Origin: Bacillota bacterium
GTDB lineage: Bacteria; Bacillota; Sulfobacillia; JAJZYS01; JAJYTV01
Assembly: GCA_021793645.1 (NCBI GenBank)
Contig: JAJYSJ010000011.1
Coordinates: 22,515 to 86,514 of the forward strand
DNA: 64,000 nt
Direction: 5' to 3'
Position numbers and translations under genes: made by a program. Below are positions 9,624 through 19,166 of this stretch, one piece after another (the first letter of the stretch is position 1; every line of letters begins with the position of its first letter). The notes beneath the pieces are model-generated. The model was given only the letters and a program-made list of their open reading frames with translations. It searched no databases and had not been told where the DNA came from.

Positions 9624-11249
9624 CTACGAATCCCGCTCCCAGCCCCCGCCGCGCGACCGCAGCCTCCCGGCGAACAGGGCAACGTACAGCCGCGTCAGCG
9701 TCTCCGGGTCGTCAAGAGGCCGCCCGAGCAGGCGTTCGATGCGCGCCAGCCGCTGGCGAAGCGTGTTGCGATGGAGTCCGAGAGCCCTCGCAGTCTGGGC
9801 CTGGTTGCCACCGTTGCGCAAGAGCGTCCAGACGGTCTCGACCAGTGCGCCCCCCCGGGGCTCGCGCTCGAACCGTCCGAGCACGGCCTCCTGAAAGGAC
9901 CAGAGGTCAGATGCGCTCAGTTTGGAGAGCAGTCTCAGGAGGAGATGGTCTTCGTGAAACAACAACCTGTCGTCAGGTTCGGCGAGCGACAGCAGCTGTT
10001 CTGCCTCGTTGTAGCTGAGCGGGATGCCCGCCAGTCCTGCGTGCGCCTCCCCCACCGCGAGCAAAAGGCGCCCGCCGACGGCTGCTGCAGCGTTTCGGTA
10101 CAGCTGCTCGAGCCTTCGGCGGTCGTGCTCGCCGGGCGGCCACAGGAACACGACGCGGCTCAGCATGAGGGTTGTCAGCACCTTGATGCCCACGGATTGG
10201 CAGTGCGCTTCGATCACGCCGGCGAGCTGGCGCCGGAGCTCGAACTCGCGCCTGCTTGAGAGAGCGGGGCCTGCGAACTCGGGGCGCGCAATGACGATGC
10301 GGAAATGACCATCGGGATCCAAACCGTGCAGCCGCACCCTCTCGCGCGCCGCGCGGTCCTCTGGGGAGTACGCACTCGTCAGAAGCGCTTCGAGGAAGCT
10401 TGCGTGGATGCGGCGCTCCACTTCCGCGATCGCCTGCTGGCGCATGAGATGGAGGGCGATGACAGCTGCGGCGTGTTGGATGACCCGCGTTTCCAGTGCC
10501 CCGTGCATGCCTGTGGGCTTGCGCAGCAAAAGGTAGCCCGAACAGTCGCCTGCGACGTTCACCGGCATCAGAAGACCGTCCGCCGCACCGCTATCCAAGT
10601 GCAGCGGCAAATCCTGTACGCCAACATCTGCGATGGTCACAATCGCGTCCTCAACCCCTGCGGGCATCGCACCGCTGTCAGGGTTCTCTGACCCTGCACG
10701 CGCAAGCAGCGTATTATCGCTCTTGTAGATCGCGACCTCGAGGTGCAGCAGGTCGGCCAGCCGCTCCGCCAGCCCGGAAAGGTCCACCGCCTCGACCGCA
10801 GCCAGGGTGAGCGCGCGGTGGATCGCATCCGCGCGTTCCGTGACCTCGAAGTACTCCCCGACGATCGTTCGCTGCGCCGCCTCCGCAATGTCGGCGAAGC
10901 GAAGCTGAAACGGCGCTTCGAGCACCGGCAGATGCAACTCGTCCGCTGTGCTGCGCACGACGTCCGGTACCGACGCGAGGAAGCGGCCAGTCGCGAAGAG
11001 GACACCGGCCACTCCGCCGGCGACGATCTGCCGTACCGCCTCGCTCTGCTCCGTCGACGTTCGCGGCCAGCTGACGCCGCTCGTCAGCACTAGATCGCCC
11101 GTGCGCAGCCAGTGCGCGATATCGGGCTGCTCGACGACGTGTACCCACTGGAACTGGCGCTGGGCGGCCGTCTCACCGCCCGCAACGATCTGAAGCTCCG
11201 GAAAGAGGGTCAGGAGATCGCCGATACGCAAGTGGCAACCCTCCTCCAT
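9624..11249 (-). CDS. PucR/CdaR-family transcriptional regulator.
   Basis: 541 aa. C-terminal PucR-type HTH (TARALGLHRNTLRQRLARIERLLG) with a long N-terminal sensor region. Confidence 0.85.
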   Translation of the reverse strand: MEEGCHLRIGDLLTLFPELQIVAGGETAAQRQFQWVHVVEQPDIAHWLRTGDLVLTSGVSWPRTSTEQSEAVRQIVAGGVAGVLFATGRFLASVPDVVRSTADELHLPVLEAPFQLRFADIAEAAQRTIVGEYFEVTERADAIHRALTLAAVEAVDLSGLAERLADLLHLEVAIYKSDNTLLARAGSENPDSGAMPAGVEDAIVTIADVGVQDLPLHLDSGAADGLLMPVNVAGDCSGYLLLRKPTGMHGALETRVIQHAAAVIALHLMRQQAIAEVERRIHASFLEALLTSAYSPEDRAARERVRLHGLDPDGHFRIVIARPEFAGPALSSRREFELRRQLAGVIEAHCQSVGIKVLTTLMLSRVVFLWPPGEHDRRRLEQLYRNAAAAVGGRLLLAVGEAHAGLAGIPLSYNEAEQLLSLAEPDDRLLFHEDHLLLRLLSKLSASDLWSFQEAVLGRFEREPRGGALVETVWTLLRNGGNQAQTARALGLHRNTLRQRLARIERLLGRPLDDPETLTRLYVALFAGRLRSRGGGWERDS

Positions 11250-11442
11250 TGCCTTGTCTGTTCAACGATCGTTCGGTCAATGCTGAACGGAGAGGGCGTA
11301 CTGAAGAGCGCGAAGTGATAAATCCCAAGGAAAGTGACGACGCGTGTCGCGACCATTCTAACTCATTCCACAATCCAATTGCTTCTTACCCAAAAGTGGC
11401 TCAACCCGACGTATTCTCCGAAGCGGTTCGGTCAATAGTAGT

Positions 11443-12882
11443 TCATGCAGTCGTAGATTCGGGCCATCTCGGCCTGCGTTTTCTCCAGTCGTGCCCCTGT
11501 TCGTAGCAGTGCGCTATATTAAGGATAAGAGACTCACGCCAATGCGGTCCTACAATTTGCATACCGATAGGCAAGCCGGCCGTTGTCCATCCACACGGCA
11601 CCGAGACAGCAGGATGACCGCTCTGGTCGAAAGGGCATACTAATCGGATCAGCGCGTCTGTTACTGACTCCCGTTTGCCATAAACGCTGGCATCGATGGT
11701 GTCCGCGCCGATGGAAGGCGCTACCGTCGGTAACGTCGGCACGACAAGCGCGTCGACTTGGGTGAAGGCCTGATCGATTCGCTCAACGACGCGTTGCCGT
11801 ACCCTCTGCGCGGACAGATAGTGCAACGATGGTAGTATACCGCCTGCCTCAAGAACGGAACGTATCTCCGGGCTATACAAATGCCCCTTCTCCCGGAGAA
11901 GCGGCCAGTGCCATGATGCTGCCTCCGCCATCACGATGGCATACTGAGCGACCATGCACTCGTCCAAGCCGGGTATGGAGACCTCGACAACCTCAATCCC
12001 TTGCCCCGCCAGGTCACTGATGGCCTGTTGCACGGCAACAGCAACCTCTTCGCTGATATCTTCAAAGAAGAACTGCTTGGGAACCCCTACGCGCAATCCT
12101 TTCACGGGTGTCTGTAGACCGTCGACGTAATTGGCAACATCAACCGGCGAGCTGTAATGGTCAAGCGGATCGTATCCCGCTATCGTCGACAATGTGATCG
12201 CAACATCCTCTACAGAACGGCCCAGCACACCCACATGGTCCAACGACGGACTGAGCGGAATCACGCCATGCAAACTTACCCTGCCGTACGTCGGCTTTAG
12301 ACCCACAATCCCACAGGCTGCGGCCGGAATACGCACCGATCCGCCGGTATCCGTGCCAATTCCAACGGTACATAGTCCCGCTGCGACAGCAGCCGCGGTG
12401 CCACCACTCGATCCTCCCGGTATCGCTCCCAAACTCCAGGGATTGTGGGTGGAACCGAAATGCGTGTTGTTCGTTGTCACTCCGTACGCGAACTCGTGAG
12501 TTGCCTGCTTGCCAAGAACCACGCCATCCGCCTTACGCAGTTCGACGACGGCAGTAGCGTCAATTTCCGGAACAAACTCTTCCAGAACTCTTGATCCAGC
12601 CGTGGTCCGGATACCTTTTGTATAAAAAAGGTCCTTTACTCCAACGGGGACGCCGAAGAGCGACCCGGAGGCCTCTCCTCGTTCTAACCGATCTAAGCGA
12701 CGCGCAGTCTCAAGTGCCCCTTCCGCGCACACTGTTATATATGTGTTCAACGAAGGATCGATCTGCGAAATCCTCTGCAAAATAGACTTTGTCACTTCGT
12801 GAACCGACACAGCTCGGCGAGCATAAAGAGACTTCAATTCTGGAATCGACGCATAAGCAATATCAATTTCCTTCACTGTCAT
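11443..12882 (-). CDS. Amidase (amidase-signature family, GatA/AtzE-like).
   Basis: GGSSGGTAAAVAAG followed by GTDTGGSVRIPAA AS-signature. 479 aa. The gene lies in lower-GC DNA. Confidence 0.9.
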   Translation of the reverse strand: MTVKEIDIAYASIPELKSLYARRAVSVHEVTKSILQRISQIDPSLNTYITVCAEGALETARRLDRLERGEASGSLFGVPVGVKDLFYTKGIRTTAGSRVLEEFVPEIDATAVVELRKADGVVLGKQATHEFAYGVTTNNTHFGSTHNPWSLGAIPGGSSGGTAAAVAAGLCTVGIGTDTGGSVRIPAAACGIVGLKPTYGRVSLHGVIPLSPSLDHVGVLGRSVEDVAITLSTIAGYDPLDHYSSPVDVANYVDGLQTPVKGLRVGVPKQFFFEDISEEVAVAVQQAISDLAGQGIEVVEVSIPGLDECMVAQYAIVMAEAASWHWPLLREKGHLYSPEIRSVLEAGGILPSLHYLSAQRVRQRVVERIDQAFTQVDALVVPTLPTVAPSIGADTIDASVYGKRESVTDALIRLVCPFDQSGHPAVSVPCGWTTAGLPIGMQIVGPHWRESLILNIAHCYEQGHDWRKRRPRWPESTTA

Positions 12883-13132
12883 CAGCCTTTCCGCGAGATA
12901 ATACGAGGCAGGCGTTGCGGATCGGCCAGGAGAAGGTTACAGCAAACTGCGCCGGTTCTAATGCAGATACGGGAACCTGGGCCATGCCATTCGCAATCCA
13001 CTCCAGTGTTGAAGCGATCTCCTTCGATGACCGCTCATCCACTTCGTACCCATCAAGCATCTGCAAGAAGACATCCTGGATCAGTGTCCCACCGCGCAAG
13101 AACCGCTCCCCCTTGTCAAGGTAAAACTTCAA
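12863..13132 (-). CDS. Small protein (89 aa) overlapping the amidase start, possibly a GatC/AtzG-like (DUF4089-type) amidase partner.
   Basis: The ORF is upstream of the amidase gene on the same strand and overlaps it by 20 nt. AtzE-type amidases are known to pair with such small proteins. There is no strong motif evidence. Confidence 0.4.
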   Translation of the reverse strand: MKFYLDKGERFLRGGTLIQDVFLQMLDGYEVDERSSKEIASTLEWIANGMAQVPVSALEPAQFAVTFSWPIRNACLVLSRGKADDSEGN

Positions 13133-13827
13133 ATCGACAAGTGCTTTTCAAGTCTTGCCACGGCGACACCTTCTATAGCGCCCGTTTCGACCATTGTGCC
13201 TCTATGCATCACCACGTAACTGTCGCCAACCGCCATGGCGAATGCAAGATTCTGCTCCGCAAGAAAGATTCCTACACCGTTCTGTTTCAGTCGAGTAATC
13301 AGCTCCGTAATGAGATACACTATCGAAGGCTGCAAGCCTTCGGAGATCTCGTCGATGATCATCACCCGAGGATGGCGCACAAGCGCTCGCGCGAATACTA
13401 GCATCTTTTTTTCGCCACCGCTGAGTGTACCCGCCTTCTGCGAAAGGCGCTGTTCCAAAATAGGGAACGCCGCAAATGCTTCATCGAGAACATTCCTTGC
13501 TTGGGCTTCTGACGCTTTAAGGCCGAGTGTCAAGTTGTCTTTGACCGACAGGTCCGCGAAGACCGCCGATTCTTGAGGCGCGTATGCCACTTGCCGTGCA
13601 GCGATTTCGTAGGGCCTTTTGGTGGAGATATCCTGCCCGAACAAACGTGTAATGCCGGATCGCCTCGGTACAACACCCATAATTGTTTTGAGTAACGTCG
13701 TCTTGCCGACACCGTTTCGACCTAGGAGACATGTAACACTACCGGCATCGACATGAATGTTCATGTTACGCACAACAACCGTTTCTCCGTAGCCGGAAGT
13801 AACTCCATCCGCTTCAAGAGCTATCAT
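13129..13827 (-). CDS. Branched-chain amino acid/amide ABC transporter ATP-binding protein (LivF-like).
   Basis: Walker A GRNGVGKTT, LSGGEKKML signature. 232 aa. Confidence 0.9.
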   Translation of the reverse strand: MIALEADGVTSGYGETVVVRNMNIHVDAGSVTCLLGRNGVGKTTLLKTIMGVVPRRSGITRLFGQDISTKRPYEIAARQVAYAPQESAVFADLSVKDNLTLGLKASEAQARNVLDEAFAAFPILEQRLSQKAGTLSGGEKKMLVFARALVRHPRVMIIDEISEGLQPSIVYLITELITRLKQNGVGIFLAEQNLAFAMAVGDSYVVMHRGTMVETGAIEGVAVARLEKHLSI

Positions 13828-15566
13828 GCCTGAACTCCTCCCAAGTAGACGCTTCGAACGACTTCGTTGTCCTCCATCTCGGAGACTGATCCACTTGCAG
13901 CGACGATGCCGTCATGCAGGAGGGTGATCTCGTCCGCAATGGACTTCACGAACTCGATGTCGTGTTCAATCATCATGATGCTCACTTGACTTGTCTCGCA
14001 GAGCCGCCGCAGCAACTCGCCAATGTCCCGGCGCTCTACCACTGTCAGTCCCGCAGTGGGTTCGTCCAGCAACAACACATCCGGCTGTGTTGCCAGCACC
14101 ATAAACAATTCCAAGACCTTTCGTTCCCCGTGAGACAGAAGCTGGGCCTGTTTGTTCAGTTTTTCTGAGATTTGGCTATGATTCAAGGCCTCTTCAACAA
14201 AAATGGGCAGCGCCACATCGTGCGTCCGGCGTACCAACGAGGGAAGCCGTCCCCTCCACGCTGCCAGTTGAAGATTCTGTGCCACGGATAGTGACTCAAC
14301 CACGTTCGCAGTCTGGAATGTACGAGCCACTCCACGCCGCACGATTCTCTCCGGCTGTTCGCGCGAAACCACGGACCCCTCGACGACCACTTCTCCTGCG
14401 GACGGTCGGACTCGCCCTGTTATTGCATCGACGAGCGTCGATTTGCCGGCACCATTCGGCCCAATAAGACTGCGCAACTGCTTCGGACGTAGCTCGAAGG
14501 AAATCTCCCGCAGTACTCGGAGGGCTCCGTGGGAAACTTGCAGTTTGCGGACCGACAGGGGTACGGAAACGCGCTCGGCGTCCTTACGGGGAGCTATTAG
14601 GGCAGTGATCCGGCTGATGTCCAAGGTTTGGCCCTTGGCCCACGGAAACAGGGAGTAGAGTCCGTTTGGCACCAGCAGAACTACAATGATAAATACCAAC
14701 CCAATAGCAATGCCCCACACGAACGGCAATACCCCTTGCACTACAGGGGCAAGAATATTGACGAGGAGCGCACCCACAACTGCTCCAATCAGCTTTCCAC
14801 GCCCGCCGATGGCAACCCAAATGACGGCCTGAGTAGCTAAGGAGAAACCAATAGCGTTAGGCGACACGAACCCTTGATATGGCGCATACATTACTCCCGC
14901 CACACCCGCGATCAAAGCGGATAGGGTAAGCGCAATGGTCTTTATAGCTGGCGCGTTATACCCAAGGAACGACATGCGTTCCTCGTTGTCGCGAACAGCA
15001 ACAACTACCTTGCCGAAGTCACTTCGAGTGAATATGTAGGCAGCTGCTAACGTGAGACCGGCCACACCTAGCACGATGTAATAGTTCCCCATCGGCCCAA
15101 GCGCAAAACCCGGAACGCCCGGCAACCCATTCGCGCCTCCTGTGATGCTGGCAGCCTGAAGAACGACCTCGCTCGCAAGAACGGCCAAGGCGAGGGTGAC
15201 CACGGACACGTAGAACTGGGAACTGCGAGTAAAGAAGAGAATCCACCCAATGAGAAGGGCAGCGACTGCAGGCAGAAGTACCCCCAATCCGATAGCCACA
15301 ATCGTGTGCAGGACTCCATGCCCCGCTAGTAGCACGATCGATACCGTGTATCCTCCAAGTCCAAAGAACACACTTTGGCCTAATGACAGAATTCCTGTGT
15401 AACCCCACGCGATATCAAGACTCACCGCAAGAAGCATGTAAATGACGGCGACACCGACGAGTGACGTTACATACGCGCCCAGGAAAGGTGGAACGACAAT
15501 TAGTAGTATGAACACAATTACCAGGTCCCTGGCAACGACGCGATTCAAAAGGTTACGGACAAACAT
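13824..15566 (-). CDS. Fused LivM-type permease plus LivG-type ATPase.
   Basis: The N-terminal roughly 330 aa are polytopic membrane sequence. The C-terminal roughly 250 aa carry Walker A GPNGAGKST, the signature LSHGERKVLEL and Walker B LLLDEPTAG. The whole is a single continuous 580-aa ORF. Confidence 0.85.
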   Translation of the reverse strand: MFVRNLLNRVVARDLVIVFILLIVVPPFLGAYVTSLVGVAVIYMLLAVSLDIAWGYTGILSLGQSVFFGLGGYTVSIVLLAGHGVLHTIVAIGLGVLLPAVAALLIGWILFFTRSSQFYVSVVTLALAVLASEVVLQAASITGGANGLPGVPGFALGPMGNYYIVLGVAGLTLAAAYIFTRSDFGKVVVAVRDNEERMSFLGYNAPAIKTIALTLSALIAGVAGVMYAPYQGFVSPNAIGFSLATQAVIWVAIGGRGKLIGAVVGALLVNILAPVVQGVLPFVWGIAIGLVFIIVVLLVPNGLYSLFPWAKGQTLDISRITALIAPRKDAERVSVPLSVRKLQVSHGALRVLREISFELRPKQLRSLIGPNGAGKSTLVDAITGRVRPSAGEVVVEGSVVSREQPERIVRRGVARTFQTANVVESLSVAQNLQLAAWRGRLPSLVRRTHDVALPIFVEEALNHSQISEKLNKQAQLLSHGERKVLELFMVLATQPDVLLLDEPTAGLTVVERRDIGELLRRLCETSQVSIMMIEHDIEFVKSIADEITLLHDGIVAASGSVSEMEDNEVVRSVYLGGVQA

Positions 15567-15617
15567 ATTTTCAACCTGCCTTTACCACGGTCGTCGCAGC
15601 ACGAGGCTCCGTCGGAC

Positions 15618-16433
15618 CTAACGCATCTGCGATTGACGCAACCGCATGAGGGTGACGCTGATAAGAATGACAACAACGTACCCAAGGACAGGATTCCACA
15701 CGAAAGACGCGATACTCTCGCTGCCCCCTAGGACAGATGCTCCTAAGGCGACGGACGGAATCGCGGCGGCTCCTCCAACGAGCACGGCAAGGAACGCTCG
15801 AATGACATAGTCGAGCCCCATCACCGGCGTCACTGTAACGAGCGGAGCGATGACGGCGCCCGCAATTCCAGCCAGCATGCTCCCAACGACAAAGGTGAGT
15901 TGGTACACGCGGTTCACGTTGATCCCCGTCGCTGCGGCCGCTGTTTCCGGGGACTCGATGACCGCTCGAACGACTGCACCAAGTTGAGTTTTGCGGTCAA
16001 GCCATAAAAGCGCCAGCAGAAGAACGATGGCAAACACAATGATAAGAACTTCATAGAGTGGGTAAGTGATCCCGAAGGCTGAGACTACCTGATTTACAGG
16101 TGAAGAGACGTAACGCGGCATCGAACCGAACGCAGTGATCACCAACTGCTGCAGAAGCATTGACAACCCCCACGTCGCCAAAATGGACTCCATGATCTTG
16201 CCGTAGAGGCGACGCATTAGTACCCGTTCAATGCCCAACCCTACAATTGCCGTTACAATAGGGGCGGCAATATACGATAGCCACGGCGAGAGATTGAAGA
16301 CGCCTATGAAATATGCAGTGTATGCACCCAGCATAATGAACTCTCCGTGAGCGAGATTGACTATGCCCATGAGTCGGAACACGACAAACAAACCGCTTGC
16401 GGTCAAGAACAGTATTGCCGCAGCAAGTAGCAC
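15618..16433 (-). CDS. LivH-type ABC permease.
   Basis: Hydrophobic 271-aa ORF with a GTG start and a LivH-like NLAHGEFIMLGAY motif. Confidence 0.85.
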   Translation of the reverse strand: MLLAAAILFLTASGLFVVFRLMGIVNLAHGEFIMLGAYTAYFIGVFNLSPWLSYIAAPIVTAIVGLGIERVLMRRLYGKIMESILATWGLSMLLQQLVITAFGSMPRYVSSPVNQVVSAFGITYPLYEVLIIVFAIVLLLALLWLDRKTQLGAVVRAVIESPETAAAATGINVNRVYQLTFVVGSMLAGIAGAVIAPLVTVTPVMGLDYVIRAFLAVLVGGAAAIPSVALGASVLGGSESIASFVWNPVLGYVVVILISVTLMRLRQSQMR

Positions 16434-16560
16434 GTTCAGAAGTACTTCGCCGAAGATTATGCGAGCCGCCCCCTAAACCAATACTCTTCTGCAACCTCAC
16501 GGCCGGTGGCGGATCATGGCAGTTGCCGTGATCCGCCAGCGATACCGTGTCGATCAGCGT

Positions 16561-17754
16561 CTACTGAGGACCGGGTTGGACGTCTCCGAACGTGTGGATG
16601 ATTTTTTCCGTCCCGCCTGGCTCGAATTGCGCCAGGTAGATCGTCAGCGGCATGCCGTGGGTGCTCGACTGGTAGCGCAGCAGACCACGGGGGCTGTCGA
16701 AGGAGACCTTCGTCATCATCGCCTGGACTTTGTTGAAGTTGAGTGACTTTGCCGCGTTTGCAGCCTTGGCCCAAAGCATGATCGAGTCGTAAACAGGAAT
16801 GATGTTGAAGCTAGGAGGCGGAGCTTGAGGGAACATCTTGTTGTAGGCCTTTAGGTACTTCGTGTTCGCCGCGGACTGTACCGCCGGAAAGTAACCGGCC
16901 GGCTCCAAACTACCAACACCTGCCTGGCCCATCGCCTGAAGGGTACCGTTGTCGATCGCCAACATGACAACCTTCGTGTGGTGTTCGAGACCAAGCGCGT
17001 AGAACTGCTTCATAAAGGCAATCGCGTCGGTCCCGATCAGTTCCATGGATAGGAAATTGGGCCGTGCCGCCTGGATCTGGGTCAATACCGACGAGAAGTT
17101 AGACGTTCCCAACGGAACGTAGGAAGTGCCGACGACACTCCCTCCGGCCTTTTGCACCGTCGCCTTCACAACTGCGCTAGTCTTCGTGGGCCAGACGTAG
17201 TCGTCGCCGACGATGAACCACTTCTTCCCGTGGTACTTCTGCATGATGTAGGGGTAGACGGGAATGACCTGCTGTTGCGGCACCTCACCGTCGATGTACA
17301 TGTTCGGCAGATAGGCTCCACCCTCGTACAGCGTGTCGTAGAAGAAGAGAACCTTCTGGTTCTTAACCACTGACTCCACAGCATTCCGTACGGCACTGGT
17401 GTCACACATGAACAGAGCCGGGACGTTGACCTGTTCGATCAACTGCTTGGCTGCGATGCTTGCGGTGTTCGGGTCGGTTGCCGAGTCTTTGATCACCAGT
17501 TGCAGTTTGCGACCCATTACTCCGCCCGACGCATTGATTTGGGAGACTGCGAGCTTCGCCTGCTCCTCTTCCTGCGGGCCGTACGGTGCTCCGGGGCCGC
17601 TAAAGGCTCCAATGTAACCAATCTGAATCGGTGCATTCTTCTGAGAGGCGCTAGAAGGCGCCTGCGATCCGCATCCGGCAAGCAGGCTGAGAGCAATGAT
17701 CCCAGTCGCCGCGATGCCGGCAAGGTTCTTGCTGTGCCCCGTGGACATCAACAC
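16561..17754 (-). CDS. LivK-type periplasmic substrate-binding lipoprotein.
   Basis: Signal peptide plus lipobox LLAGCGS. Type-I periplasmic binding-protein fold signature. 397 aa. Confidence 0.85.
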   Translation of the reverse strand: MLMSTGHSKNLAGIAATGIIALSLLAGCGSQAPSSASQKNAPIQIGYIGAFSGPGAPYGPQEEEQAKLAVSQINASGGVMGRKLQLVIKDSATDPNTASIAAKQLIEQVNVPALFMCDTSAVRNAVESVVKNQKVLFFYDTLYEGGAYLPNMYIDGEVPQQQVIPVYPYIMQKYHGKKWFIVGDDYVWPTKTSAVVKATVQKAGGSVVGTSYVPLGTSNFSSVLTQIQAARPNFLSMELIGTDAIAFMKQFYALGLEHHTKVVMLAIDNGTLQAMGQAGVGSLEPAGYFPAVQSAANTKYLKAYNKMFPQAPPPSFNIIPVYDSIMLWAKAANAAKSLNFNKVQAMMTKVSFDSPRGLLRYQSSTHGMPLTIYLAQFEPGGTEKIIHTFGDVQPGPQ

Positions 17755-18244
17755 TTCACTCCTCGCGTCACGTTTGTCTCCCCCGACCGCGCTGGAAACA
17801 CAGGTCAGTCACACTCCCCTTTTCCTCAAAGACTCCAGTGTAGTGACGTAATTCTCGCACTGCGAGTGCTTGCCTATATGCAGCTAGCACAAGTTGCAAG
17901 TAGTAGACCAGTGCTGTCTGAATGCACTCGGACAACGCGGTAGTCGACCTCCCTGACTGCTCCCGGGTTGGAGGCCTGACGCAGCACCCATTCGAACGGG
18001 TGTTGGGACGCCGTACAAACTACCGTCGTATCACGTAGCCCATCGCACGTTGTGTTCGTCGAGCGCTTGTCCCAAAGGCGGAGGAAGGTCTTGACGACAT
18101 GTCGCACGGCCGCGTGAAGTGCTGCGCTGGTCGATGCCGGGCTTGGAAGCCTTCGGCGCGAAGGGCTCTACCATTCGAAACAGGTATGATGTTCCCGCAC
18201 AGAACCGCTGATACAGCAGTAGGTCGGAGTCCGGCGGCCGACTG

Positions 18245-18898
18245 CTAGCCGTTCCTACGTGCGCTACCAAGTCCCCTGAGGTAGTCGGGCACCGGTATGC
18301 CCGGTCGGATCTCAGGGTCCGGAGTCGGCGCTGAAGTCTCCAGATGCAAAGGCACAACACCCGCCCACACGTCTAGCGCATGGTCCGCTTCAGAGTCTTT
18401 GGGCGGACCTGTACGAATCTTCGCCGATGACTCTCCGATCGCAAGGCGAAGCACCCTGGTCGACGCAAGTTCGGTTCCGGTCGGTGGGCGAGCGTCCTTG
18501 GAACGACCGGGCACCACATGCTCGACAAGCGCCTCGAGAGCCATACGCTTTTCCGTCTCATCTGTGACCTCTCGCGCGACGCCGAACACAACTACCGAGC
18601 GGTAGTTCATCGAATGGTGATACACCGAACGCGCCAAGACAAGCCCGTCGAGGATGGTGGCGGTTAAGCAGATCGGCGCATCGCTGGCAGCATTGAGCAT
18701 CGCGGAAGCTGCAGCCCCGTGTAGGTAGAGCACGTCGCCGACGCGTGCGTGAGTTGTGGGCAGGACCACCGACTGTCCGCGGGACGCGAATCCCACGTGG
18801 CAATAGTAGGCCTCATCGAGGATTTGGTGGATCGTCTCGGCGGAGTAGTCCCCGCGCTCGGGATGGCGCCGTACTCGGACGCGGTCATTAGCCTCCAT
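18245..18898 (-). CDS. Pyridoxamine 5'-phosphate oxidase-like FMN-binding family protein.
   Basis: 217 aa with a split-barrel-like N-terminal region (CHVGFASRGQSVVLPTTHARVGDVLYLHG). Moderate confidence only. Confidence 0.55.
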   Translation of the reverse strand: MEANDRVRVRRHPERGDYSAETIHQILDEAYYCHVGFASRGQSVVLPTTHARVGDVLYLHGAAASAMLNAASDAPICLTATILDGLVLARSVYHHSMNYRSVVVFGVAREVTDETEKRMALEALVEHVVPGRSKDARPPTGTELASTRVLRLAIGESSAKIRTGPPKDSEADHALDVWAGVVPLHLETSAPTPDPEIRPGIPVPDYLRGLGSARRNG

Positions 18899-19166
18899 CA
18901 GCGGCTTCCCCTCTCAACCATTCAGGTCGGTAAGCCTAGCAATCAACCTTCATGACTTTACTTCTCCATGACGTGGACACCTATCCTATGTCTATTCCGC
19001 ACACAAGCATGCACTACGGACCATTCTCCATGTACACAGGGCTGCGCCTTTGGCGAGGGAACTTTAGATCGCGAACATCAGACAGCCGACCACCAGTAGG
19101 CGGTGGTGCACCGAGAACCGGCTCCAAGGGCTTGTATCCCGCCGCGCGCGCTAAGGAGGAACCGCG

